From positions 53,830 through 117,829 of the IMG/VR virus record IMGVR_UViG_3300021379_000006: a stretch of 64,000 bases of DNA. One strand, written 5' to 3'. Source of the DNA: a virus. Positions 55,667 through 62,361 of the stretch are shown in pieces (position 1 is the first letter of the stretch; every line of letters starts with the position of its first letter). Position numbers and translations under genes: made by a program. Under the pieces are notes generated by a model. That model saw only the letters and a list, made by a program, of their open reading frames with translations, ran no database searches and was not told the DNA's origin.

Positions 55667-55692
55667 ATATGTATAACTTAAATTAATTTGTC

Positions 55693-56037
55693 ATGACTGA
55701 AAATTCAGTTTTTTTCCGCAAGCTGCTTATCAATGAGAACACAAAGAATGTGACTCTCTATGTGACAAGCAAACCACTTTCAACGCAAGAAGTAGACTTC
55801 ATGGGTATGAAAGTGCAAGTTCGTGTCCAAGATACTATTGTATCTGGCCAACTCAACATGGTAGACCCTTCAACTGGGACCAGTATGAAGAGTGACCATG
55901 CAATTGTAAAGAAGCTCAAGACCCTCAAGCCGGGCACAGAGCTTAAAGGCTTTACAATCAACACAGATGCACCAGTGCGTGACCTGGAAACAGGCGAGCC
56001 ACTGCGCAATCTGTACTGGGTTGAGGCTGCACAATAG
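55693..56037 (+). CDS. First early gene, beta-rich hypothetical protein
   Basis: 114 aa ORF, higher GC than neighbours, A/T-rich leader. Confidence 0.75.
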   Translation: MTENSVFFRKLLINENTKNVTLYVTSKPLSTQEVDFMGMKVQVRVQDTIVSGQLNMVDPSTGTSMKSDHAIVKKLKTLKPGTELKGFTINTDAPVRDLETGEPLRNLYWVEAAQ

Positions 56038-56232
56038 TGCAGTTCTCACCCAATTAGTGGATGAGCATTGTTACGTCCACTACAAGGATTCAAACTTGTT
56101 ACTGATTCCTAATTGATTGTAATTTTTTATTTATTTGTGTGTTGCATTGTGTGTGAGTGGTCTAAATCACCACATATACCCACTTTGTAACACTCAGATA
56201 CTTTCTACTCACCTAAATATATAAATATAGCT

Positions 56233-56433
56233 ATGAATAATAATAGCCCTAAGGTTTACACACCTATAGATGAACTCACTGATTATGTTAACTCTATACA
56301 TGAGTTATATAAGAATCTATCTCCTTATGCTCATAACCTACATAGAGCATGTGGTGGTAATCAGTCTTTGTTATTATATATTAATTCCTTTAAGCAGGTA
56401 GTATATAATAACCCGGATAAAGAGAAGTTGTAA
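56233..56433 (+). CDS. Hypothetical protein
   Basis: 66 aa ORF preceded by the TCACCTAA leader motif. Confidence 0.55.
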   Translation: MNNNSPKVYTPIDELTDYVNSIHELYKNLSPYAHNLHRACGGNQSLLLYINSFKQVVYNNPDKEKL

Positions 56434-56950
56434 TAGTATATCTGATGCGGAAATACGAAAGTATACCAGTCGTTGTACCAGTGAACTCCTAATTTGCAAT
56501 AAGGATAGTAGACGGGCGTGGTGAAGATATATTATTATGCACCTAAGCATGTGTCTAAACTGCTTTATCATAATGCTCTCATCCAATTGTAGGAATGGAA
56601 GGTGACTGCTTCCTAAGCAATGAGTTAATTCTGAGTGGAACAAGATACATATAGTGTATTCTTAGTAGTGTGTTTCAGGAATTGCTAATAAGTTCAAGGG
56701 TTACAACCTTGTGGGAGTATTTATTTATTAACCCGTTTCCTGGAATCAAACACTGTTATTATGATGTGAGCCTTAATCCAGGGCACAAGGTAGGTACCTA
56801 CTGTGTAAGGCAATTAATAATATGTGGAGTGAAAGAAGTCAAACACTTCCATAACAAAAAATACAGACCATGTGGCTGGGATAGAGAACACGTTAAATAA
56901 CTATCCAACATTAAAATATACCTGAGCATGTATTCAAACTGCTCTTTTTT
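56434..56950 (+). ncRNA. Long structured non-coding region
   Basis: Successive multi-stem elements and three small H-type pseudoknots; no credible ORF. Confidence 0.5.
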
Positions 56951-56971
56951 ATTCACCTAAACTTATAACAA

Positions 56972-57145
56972 ATGATTAATAGAATACTTATATGGGTGCT
57001 TACAATATTCGTATCCGTAAACATATTAAGAGCAGCTCATCATGCGTTAAACAATGATGATTGGCAAGTGGCTGTTCTATTCGTAATACTTGCCTACTTT
57101 ACTACATACATTCCTTTAATACTTAGAAAACATGAAGACAACTAA
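56972..57145 (+). CDS. 57-aa two-helix membrane protein (not in ORF track)
   Basis: MINRILIWVLTIFVSVNIL...WQVAVLFVILAYFTTYIPLIL; TCACCTAAAC leader. Confidence 0.65.
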   Translation: MINRILIWVLTIFVSVNILRAAHHALNNDDWQVAVLFVILAYFTTYIPLILRKHEDN

Positions 57146-57335
57146 ACTCATGCTTATAGGGATTGCAACCTTTATTGCTACATGGTTAGCATTATCAACC
57201 TTGATATGGTTATGTGCAGAATTTGTTACTTTTAGATACATTGCAACAAATCCTATAGTTCTTATTATAATGACAGTGGTTGGCTGGTTACCAGCAGCTG
57301 TAGTTGTGAATGATTATAATGAGCTTTATGAGTAG
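57132..57335 (+). CDS. 67-aa two-helix membrane protein
   Basis: Two hydrophobic stretches; overlaps neighbours. Confidence 0.7.
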   Translation: MKTTKLMLIGIATFIATWLALSTLIWLCAEFVTFRYIATNPIVLIIMTVVGWLPAAVVVNDYNELYE

Positions 57336-57447
57336 TCTTATACCAACAACCAAGTGGGATAGATACATTATTCGTATTATTAAGTTATCTGCTCTGTTAT
57401 TAATCCTAAAACTGCTATATCATGCGTGTATTTTTATCACATCCTGA
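57328..57447 (+). CDS. 39-aa membrane peptide
   Basis: MSSLIPTTKWDRYIIRIIKLSALLLILKLLYHACIFITS; bridges adjacent ORFs. Confidence 0.45.
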   Translation: MSSLIPTTKWDRYIIRIIKLSALLLILKLLYHACIFITS

Positions 57448-57721
57448 TCTATTTGCTAAGCATCTACATCAGATCGTTACATTAGTTCCTAATTCACCTG
57501 GTCACTTTGGTGATTATAGTGTGATTCGTAATCAAAATGGAGATTATAAGCGTATCAAAACTGATTCACTTAGCTTTGAGCTAACAGAAGCAGAAATCAT
57601 AGGGGAATTACTTAGCAATAGTTCATTGCGTGAAGTAGCCTTTGAAGATAACTTGATTGAAGTAGGAGACTACCATCAAGATGATGTGTCTTATTTAAAC
57701 TATACTCTTTTGTGGAGATAA
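57422..57721 (+). CDS. Hypothetical protein
   Basis: 99 aa ORF followed by a hairpin. Confidence 0.65.
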   Translation: MRVFLSHPDLFAKHLHQIVTLVPNSPGHFGDYSVIRNQNGDYKRIKTDSLSFELTEAEIIGELLSNSSLREVAFEDNLIEVGDYHQDDVSYLNYTLLWR

Positions 57722-57728
57722 TATTTGA

Positions 57729-57757
57729 CAGGTAGAGTTGTAATAATTCTACCTGTT
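57729..57757 (+). terminator. Hairpin, probable terminator or processing site
   Basis: ACAGGTAGAGTT-GTAAT-AATTCTACCTGT. Confidence 0.55.
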
Positions 57758-57785
57758 ACTTATCTTTATCAAAAACATTTTAATT

Positions 57786-57935
57786 ATGGAAGATAAGGAA
57801 TGCGTTTACTTGTACTACAGAGATGGTTCACAATTCATCACACCATCCTTAGATCATGCAATTGAAAGAACAGATGAGAAAAAACTCATCATTAAATGTC
57901 AAGATGGTGAATCCAGAGAAATAGAATTGAAATGA
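57786..57935 (+). CDS. 49-aa hypothetical protein
   Basis: MEDKECVYLYYRDGSQFITPS...; ATGA-coupled to the next ORF. Confidence 0.6.
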   Translation: MEDKECVYLYYRDGSQFITPSLDHAIERTDEKKLIIKCQDGESREIELK

Positions 57936-58045
57936 AAGAATTTGTAATCAACCTTTTAAGAGTAGCTCCAGTAGCTGCTCTTTTTGTTTTAGCACTATCC
58001 GCTTTAATCCTTACTTTTTATAACCTCGTAAATGAATTACTATGA
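57932..58045 (+). CDS. 37-aa single-helix membrane peptide
   Basis: ATGA overlaps at both ends; hydrophobic core. Confidence 0.55.
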   Translation: MKEFVINLLRVAPVAALFVLALSALILTFYNLVNELL

Positions 58046-58164
58046 GAAATCTAAATTTTGAACTTACATGGGCATCCTTTATAGGTGCTGGTGTAGCATG
58101 GCAACGGAATCGTTGTGCCATATGTATACCTTTTGTTATGCTTGAGATCTCATGGAAAAGCTAA
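58042..58164 (+). CDS. 40-aa hydrophobic peptide
   Basis: MRNLNFELTWASFIGAGVAW...CIPFVMLEISWKS; ATGA coupling. Confidence 0.5.
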   Translation: MRNLNFELTWASFIGAGVAWQRNRCAICIPFVMLEISWKS

Positions 58165-58745
58165 TTAACCAGTTATTCCAGGAGATTTTACCTGGTGATG
58201 AGGAAAAAAGACTACCTCATACTTTTCCAATGCAGAAAACCATATGCAAGTTTAATAAGAACCAGCTGTTTAAAGGTCATTCAGGTAGTATTGTCTATGG
58301 TATGTATGAAGATAAGACTTCTTATATTAGAATTTTCAACCAGTATCATGACACACATGTGTATTACAACTACAACTTTGATACTGATAAGAGTAGTATG
58401 AACGTACGCATTATAGCAGAGGCGCCAAAGTATATGCAAGCATTCTTTGACAAGATATCTGAGAATGGTAAGTATACTATATGTACGCCAAATCCTAAAT
58501 CTATCTATGAGAATCACATTGATATCTTTCTAGATACAACAATAGACATAGAGTACAGTGTATTCTATGATGGTTTCAAAACATTTGGTCACTTTGAGAA
58601 CATACAACTGGCAAAAGAAGCCAGAAACAGAATTAAAATGTTTAAATCTCTTATCCGTGAACATGGTAAGAGTGATGAGTTCTGTAATAATGTTACAATG
58701 AAAGACGGAGATAAGATTTATCTAGCACAATCATTGTTTTCTTAA
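58152..58745 (+). CDS. Hypothetical protein
   Basis: 197 aa ORF. Confidence 0.75.
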   Translation: MEKLINQLFQEILPGDEEKRLPHTFPMQKTICKFNKNQLFKGHSGSIVYGMYEDKTSYIRIFNQYHDTHVYYNYNFDTDKSSMNVRIIAEAPKYMQAFFDKISENGKYTICTPNPKSIYENHIDIFLDTTIDIEYSVFYDGFKTFGHFENIQLAKEARNRIKMFKSLIREHGKSDEFCNNVTMKDGDKIYLAQSLFS

Positions 58746-58752
58746 TTAAATC

Positions 58753-58826
58753 CGCACTATAGTTCGTACTAACAGTACCAGTATATTATTATTATATATA
58801 CTATGTTATAACGCACTATAGTTCGT
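58753..58826. promoter_or_regulatory. Two exact 15-bp near-palindromic repeats CGCACTATAGTTCGT flanking an AT-rich promoter-like spacer
   Basis: Copies at 58753-58767 and 58812-58826; GTATATTA at 58781. Confidence 0.7.
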
Positions 58827-58834
58827 TTTTTAGT

Positions 58835-58945
58835 ATGTTTAGGTGATGAAGAAGAGTTTGCTCCTTACCCGGTTTTTTGGTTTGGTTAAGGGTGTTAACG
58901 TAAAGGATGAAAACTGTTTCTTGCAGGTAAGCTCTTCTTCTTTTT
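58835..58945 (+). ncRNA. Candidate small regulatory RNA
   Basis: 14-bp closing stem 58848-58861/58927-58940 plus T5; inner stem exposing GGUUUUUUGGUUUGGUUAA; 5' tail GUUUAGGUGA. Confidence 0.5.
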
Positions 58946-58951
58946 AAATTA

Positions 58952-59512
58952 ATGCATATGTCTAATAGGGTAACAGATAAAACATTTTATTACATCCTTA
59001 AGAATGCTATGGATGATAAGACTAATCAGAACTATGGTCATGCACTACGTTTGATCAAAGCCAATCTAACTACAGAAGCATTAGAGCTGTTGTTAGATGT
59101 GTTAAGTTCTGAGTCTTTATATGAGCCATTACAAGCAGGTGATTATGTTATGGTTGAGATGGATAGTTATCATGCTAAGACTTATTTCAACTATGATACA
59201 CTAAAAGAAATGGGTTTAGTATGTCCTAAAACAGATATGGTCTATGCTAAAATTCTTAGTGATGGCTCTTGGAGTTCTGGTTTTAATCCTTATTATGGTA
59301 CAATGAAGGTTGAATATCTATATCATGATGATGAAGGTAAACTAAAATACCATGAACATCTTGTAAACACAGTAAGTGTAACTAAAATAGATAAACTTGA
59401 TATACCATATTTTAAAAATTTAAACCATGGCAAGAATATCCAAAGACTTATTAAGGACAGAGATAAAAAACTGGGGGACATTGAAGAGAATGTTTCACAG
59501 ACAAGTTCATAA
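58952..59512 (+). CDS. Hypothetical protein (possible SH3-like barrel)
   Basis: 186 aa ORF; LQAGDYVMVE pattern. Confidence 0.7.
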   Translation: MHMSNRVTDKTFYYILKNAMDDKTNQNYGHALRLIKANLTTEALELLLDVLSSESLYEPLQAGDYVMVEMDSYHAKTYFNYDTLKEMGLVCPKTDMVYAKILSDGSWSSGFNPYYGTMKVEYLYHDDEGKLKYHEHLVNTVSVTKIDKLDIPYFKNLNHGKNIQRLIKDRDKKLGDIEENVSQTSS

Positions 59513-59624
59513 CTTTGGCAGTTATATGAACAAGCGGTATCACATGAGAGATACTGAGTTGGCTGAGGCTTTCAATAATGTAACAGCCATCAGAATACTT
59601 CTTGATAAACATGTCGTACAATAA
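59427..59624 (+). CDS. Hypothetical protein
   Basis: 65 aa ORF bridging neighbours. Confidence 0.55.
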   Translation: MARISKDLLRTEIKNWGTLKRMFHRQVHNFGSYMNKRYHMRDTELAEAFNNVTAIRILLDKHVVQ

Positions 59625-59859
59625 AAAGTTTGGCATTGTAGGTCAAGATGTTTTACAAGACCCTGAATTAAGTATTCAAGCTAAAGGTCTTTACAGTTTA
59701 ATATGTACTTATGCTGATAAAAATAGAGAGTGTTTTCCTTCAATAAATACACTAGCAGATCACTGCAACATGTCAACAAGAACAATAGATAAACTGATAA
59801 AAGAACTAAAAGAAAAGAAATATTTAAGAAGAAGTGGCAGAAAAATAATTTTAAGATAA
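59602..59859 (+). CDS. Winged helix-turn-helix protein (replication-initiator N-terminal type)
   Basis: LSIQAKGLY...CFPSINTLADHCNMSTRTIDKLIKELKEKKYL. Confidence 0.85.
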   Translation: MINMSYNKKFGIVGQDVLQDPELSIQAKGLYSLICTYADKNRECFPSINTLADHCNMSTRTIDKLIKELKEKKYLRRSGRKIILR

Positions 59860-59860
59860 A

Positions 59861-59878
59861 TAGTTAGCTATATACTGC
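59861..59878 (+). promoter_or_regulatory. TAGTTAGCTATATACTGC motif (copy 2)
   Basis: 17/18 identical to the reverse complement of 45517-45534. Confidence 0.6.
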
Positions 59879-59970
59879 TAATTATTTGTTGATCTTACAC
59901 CTTTAACTCTTAATTATACTTCTATAATACTGTTTATATAATTAAATTTACAACTAGCGTTGTATTAAAA

Positions 59971-60255
59971 ATGATATATCAGTTACCAAATGGACGTATA
60001 ATTGAACTTTCTGTAGAGCAGTTCCTAGAACTGGATGATATAGAGGTTAGAGAGCTTAATGGTTTAAGTTCAGCATATAGTCTTGAGTGTAGCAATCCCT
60101 TTTATAATTTATATTCAACCGGATCAAGTTATGATAAGAAAATAGTAGAAGAACTCCTACATGATGATGAGTTTGAACCAGATCTATTTGATATGATTAA
60201 CCTAGATCCTGAAGAAAAGTTAGAAGATGATTACTTTCACCCAGATGACATCTAA
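59971..60255 (+). CDS. Acidic hypothetical protein
   Basis: 94 aa ORF. Confidence 0.75.
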   Translation: MIYQLPNGRIIELSVEQFLELDDIEVRELNGLSSAYSLECSNPFYNLYSTGSSYDKKIVEELLHDDEFEPDLFDMINLDPEEKLEDDYFHPDDI

Positions 60256-60281
60256 GTTTAACCTTTTATAATTTAAAAAAA

Positions 60282-60851
60282 ATGCAAAACAAAGTTCAAA
60301 TTGTCCCTGATGAGTTAGGGAACGTAATCCGTGTGTCTCAAAACAACGATGAATATGGCCACGTAAGACTAGAACAAGAACGTGTAACCTTTGGCAATAC
60401 TGGCTGGGTTAACCGTAAGATGGTAAGTACACTACTACATGGTAAAGTACAAGACCTACGTGATATGGGTATCCATAACATGAAAGAACTAACTGGTAAG
60501 ATTGTAGTTCGTGAATCATTGGAACCATTCAATAGTAATGATCCAGATCGTGATCTTAAAATTGCCGGTAGTACTGGTATCATTTGTTGCCAAGACGGAC
60601 AACCTATTTATAGGAAAACAGTATTCTCTGCTGATCTTACAGCAGAAGATGTACTGGTAGCTCACACTAATGGTGATGCAATCCGTGAGGCAAATCAAAA
60701 TGAATCTTCTACAGCAACTACTGCTACAGCAGCAGAAGCTTTTGAAACAGAAGATAATCAAGTAGACTTAGAAGATTCTATTGCTGAAGTACAAGCTGAA
60801 GCAATTGAAGAAGAGTTAGAAGAAGTAGAAGACTCTACCTTTGAACTGTAA
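60282..60851 (+). CDS. Putative ssDNA-binding protein
   Basis: Beta-rich core, long acidic tail ending ...DSTFEL, followed by a strong terminator. Confidence 0.55.
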   Translation: MQNKVQIVPDELGNVIRVSQNNDEYGHVRLEQERVTFGNTGWVNRKMVSTLLHGKVQDLRDMGIHNMKELTGKIVVRESLEPFNSNDPDRDLKIAGSTGIICCQDGQPIYRKTVFSADLTAEDVLVAHTNGDAIREANQNESSTATTATAAEAFETEDNQVDLEDSIAEVQAEAIEEELEEVEDSTFEL

Positions 60852-60919
60852 GAGTTTGTTCCGCTTCCCACCAACTGTTTAAATAACAGGGAACAGCGCG
60901 CTTAGAACAAACATTTTAT

Positions 60920-60953
60920 GAGGGCTAGTAGAAATACTGGCCCTCTTTTTTTT
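60920..60953 (+). terminator. Intrinsic terminator
   Basis: GAGGGCTAGTA-GAAA-TACTGGCCCTC plus T8. Confidence 0.9.
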
Positions 60954-60974
60954 CACCTAATAATATACTTAAAC

Positions 60975-61487
60975 ATGCTTTCTAATGAACAAAAACAAAT
61001 ACTTAAGCTTGAGAAGCAAATAGCTGAATTACAAGCACGTAAACAACGTTATGAATACTTAGGTATTCTAAGTGAGTATCAGACGCAACCAGAGGTTATC
61101 TCTCAGCGTTTGGACTACACTAAACTCAATCCAACACAACACTTTTTATTTAAGAGAGTGTTACATGGTCTAAATGTTTATACTCCAGAACAACGGAGTA
61201 AACTTCACTGGGATAAGAAAAGAAGAATCAAAAAAGTATGGCAGCGTGGTCAAAGAGAAGTAAATGCTTGGAAACAAGTGATTACTAATAAAAAAGCTAT
61301 GCAAATTTTTAGTATCTTTAAAGGCACCAGGTTAGCGGATGAAATAAATGCTTTACCTGTTGATGATATAGATCCAACTTACATCAACAAGCTGACATTC
61401 AAAGAACTAGGTATTACTTATGAAGATTTAATTCTTTTTTACATGAAGAAAGGCTTATTGCCTAAAAACTTTTTGACTATCAAATGA
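60975..61487 (+). CDS. Hypothetical protein (probable start MLSNEQK)
   Basis: The track's start lies inside the terminator; ATG 60975 follows the TCACCTAA leader. Confidence 0.7.
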   Translation: MLSNEQKQILKLEKQIAELQARKQRYEYLGILSEYQTQPEVISQRLDYTKLNPTQHFLFKRVLHGLNVYTPEQRSKLHWDKKRRIKKVWQRGQREVNAWKQVITNKKAMQIFSIFKGTRLADEINALPVDDIDPTYINKLTFKELGITYEDLILFYMKKGLLPKNFLTIK

Positions 61488-61885
61488 TTGAGAAGAAAAA
61501 GAAACTGTGCAACAATTGCAATACTGAACAATTTATCTGGAAAAATGATAAAGGAAGTCGGTATTGCAAGAGTTGCTGGTATAAGTATAAGCAAGATAAT
61601 AAACCACTTAAAAGAAAACCAATCAACAAGAAGTCTAAGACAATGCAGATCATTGATTTAGCCTACACTAAACTTAGAAAAAAGTTTATGGAGGAGAAAC
61701 CAATGTGTGAAGCTGCATTACCTGGATGTACAGGACAATCAACAGATGTTCATCATAAAAAAGGTAGGGGTCAGTATCATCTTATGGTTAGCACTTGGTT
61801 ATCCGTATGTAGACACTGTCACACCTATATAGAAGAACATCCAGCTGAAGCTATAGAATTAGGATTCTCAGAAAAGAGAACTTAA
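61484..61885 (+). CDS. HNH/NinG-like endonuclease with N-terminal Zn finger
   Basis: CNNC...CKSC; CEAALPGC...DVHHKKGRG...VCRHCH. Confidence 0.8.
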   Translation: MIEKKKKLCNNCNTEQFIWKNDKGSRYCKSCWYKYKQDNKPLKRKPINKKSKTMQIIDLAYTKLRKKFMEEKPMCEAALPGCTGQSTDVHHKKGRGQYHLMVSTWLSVCRHCHTYIEEHPAEAIELGFSEKRT

Positions 61886-61902
61886 TTCAGACCATTATTC
61901 AT

Positions 61903-61976
61903 GGCCTCATAGCTCAATTGGATAGAGCAACAGCCTTCTAAGCTGTAGGTTCAAGGTTCGAGTCCTTGTGGGGTCA
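61903..61976 (+). tRNA. trnR: tRNA-Arg (TCT)
   Basis: Cloverleaf; anticodon arm ACAGC-CTTCTAA-GCTGT; GGTTCGAGTCC T-arm; CCA not encoded. Confidence 0.95.
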
Positions 61977-61982
61977 CTAGAT

Positions 61983-62068
61983 GGCCGGATGATGGAAGTG
62001 GTAGACATGACAGACTTAAAATCTGTTGGGTAGTAATACCCGTGTGGGTTCAAGTCCCACTCCGGCTA
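61983..62068 (+). tRNA. trnL: tRNA-Leu (TAA)
   Basis: Anticodon arm ACAGA-CTTAAAA-TCTGT; long variable arm; GGTTCAAGTCC. Confidence 0.93.
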
Positions 62069-62072
62069 CTTA

Positions 62073-62146
62073 GCTCTCTTAGCTCAGTTGGTCAGAGCAA
62101 CTGACTCATAATCAGTAGGTCACAGGTTCAAGCCCTGTAGGGAGCA
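62073..62146 (+). tRNA. tRNA with CAT anticodon (Ile2 or elongator Met)
   Basis: ACTGA-CTCATAA-TCAGT; paired G1-C72 and no GGG/CCC anticodon stem, so not initiator. Confidence 0.9.
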
Positions 62147-62165
62147 CCTATTAAATCAAAGATTT

Positions 62166-62360
62166 ATGAAAGATTATTTAAGAAAAAAAAGACATTTGAG
62201 ATTTATTAAAAGATATCTAAGTGATTTACACTGGGATACAATAAACACAGTTATAGCTGCTAGCAGTACAGAATGGACAGATAAGACTACAGAACATTTA
62301 ATGAATAATGGTAATCTTATCCGTAAGTATGAACGTAGAAGAAGATGGTTAAGTTTCTAG
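62166..62360 (+). CDS. Basic hypothetical protein
   Basis: 64 aa ORF abutting the helicase. Confidence 0.65.
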   Translation: MKDYLRKKRHLRFIKRYLSDLHWDTINTVIAASSTEWTDKTTEHLMNNGNLIRKYERRRRWLSF

Positions 62361-62361
62361 T

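Noticed and set aside
56434-56475. Hammerhead ribozyme suggested by CTGATG...CGAAA
   Set aside because: Core reads CUGAUGC, not CUGANGA; stem II is negligible; no matching stem III/UH site found
56670-56900. 76-aa GTG-start ORF
   Set aside because: Atypical composition, no leader motif, and overlaps extensive stems better explained as RNA structure
56870-56945. Complete pistol ribozyme
   Set aside because: Only the P1/linker-like part is present; catalytic P2/P3 and the cleavage site were not found
58753-58826. Mini CRISPR array
   Set aside because: Only two 15-bp repeats with a low-complexity AT spacer; no cas genes
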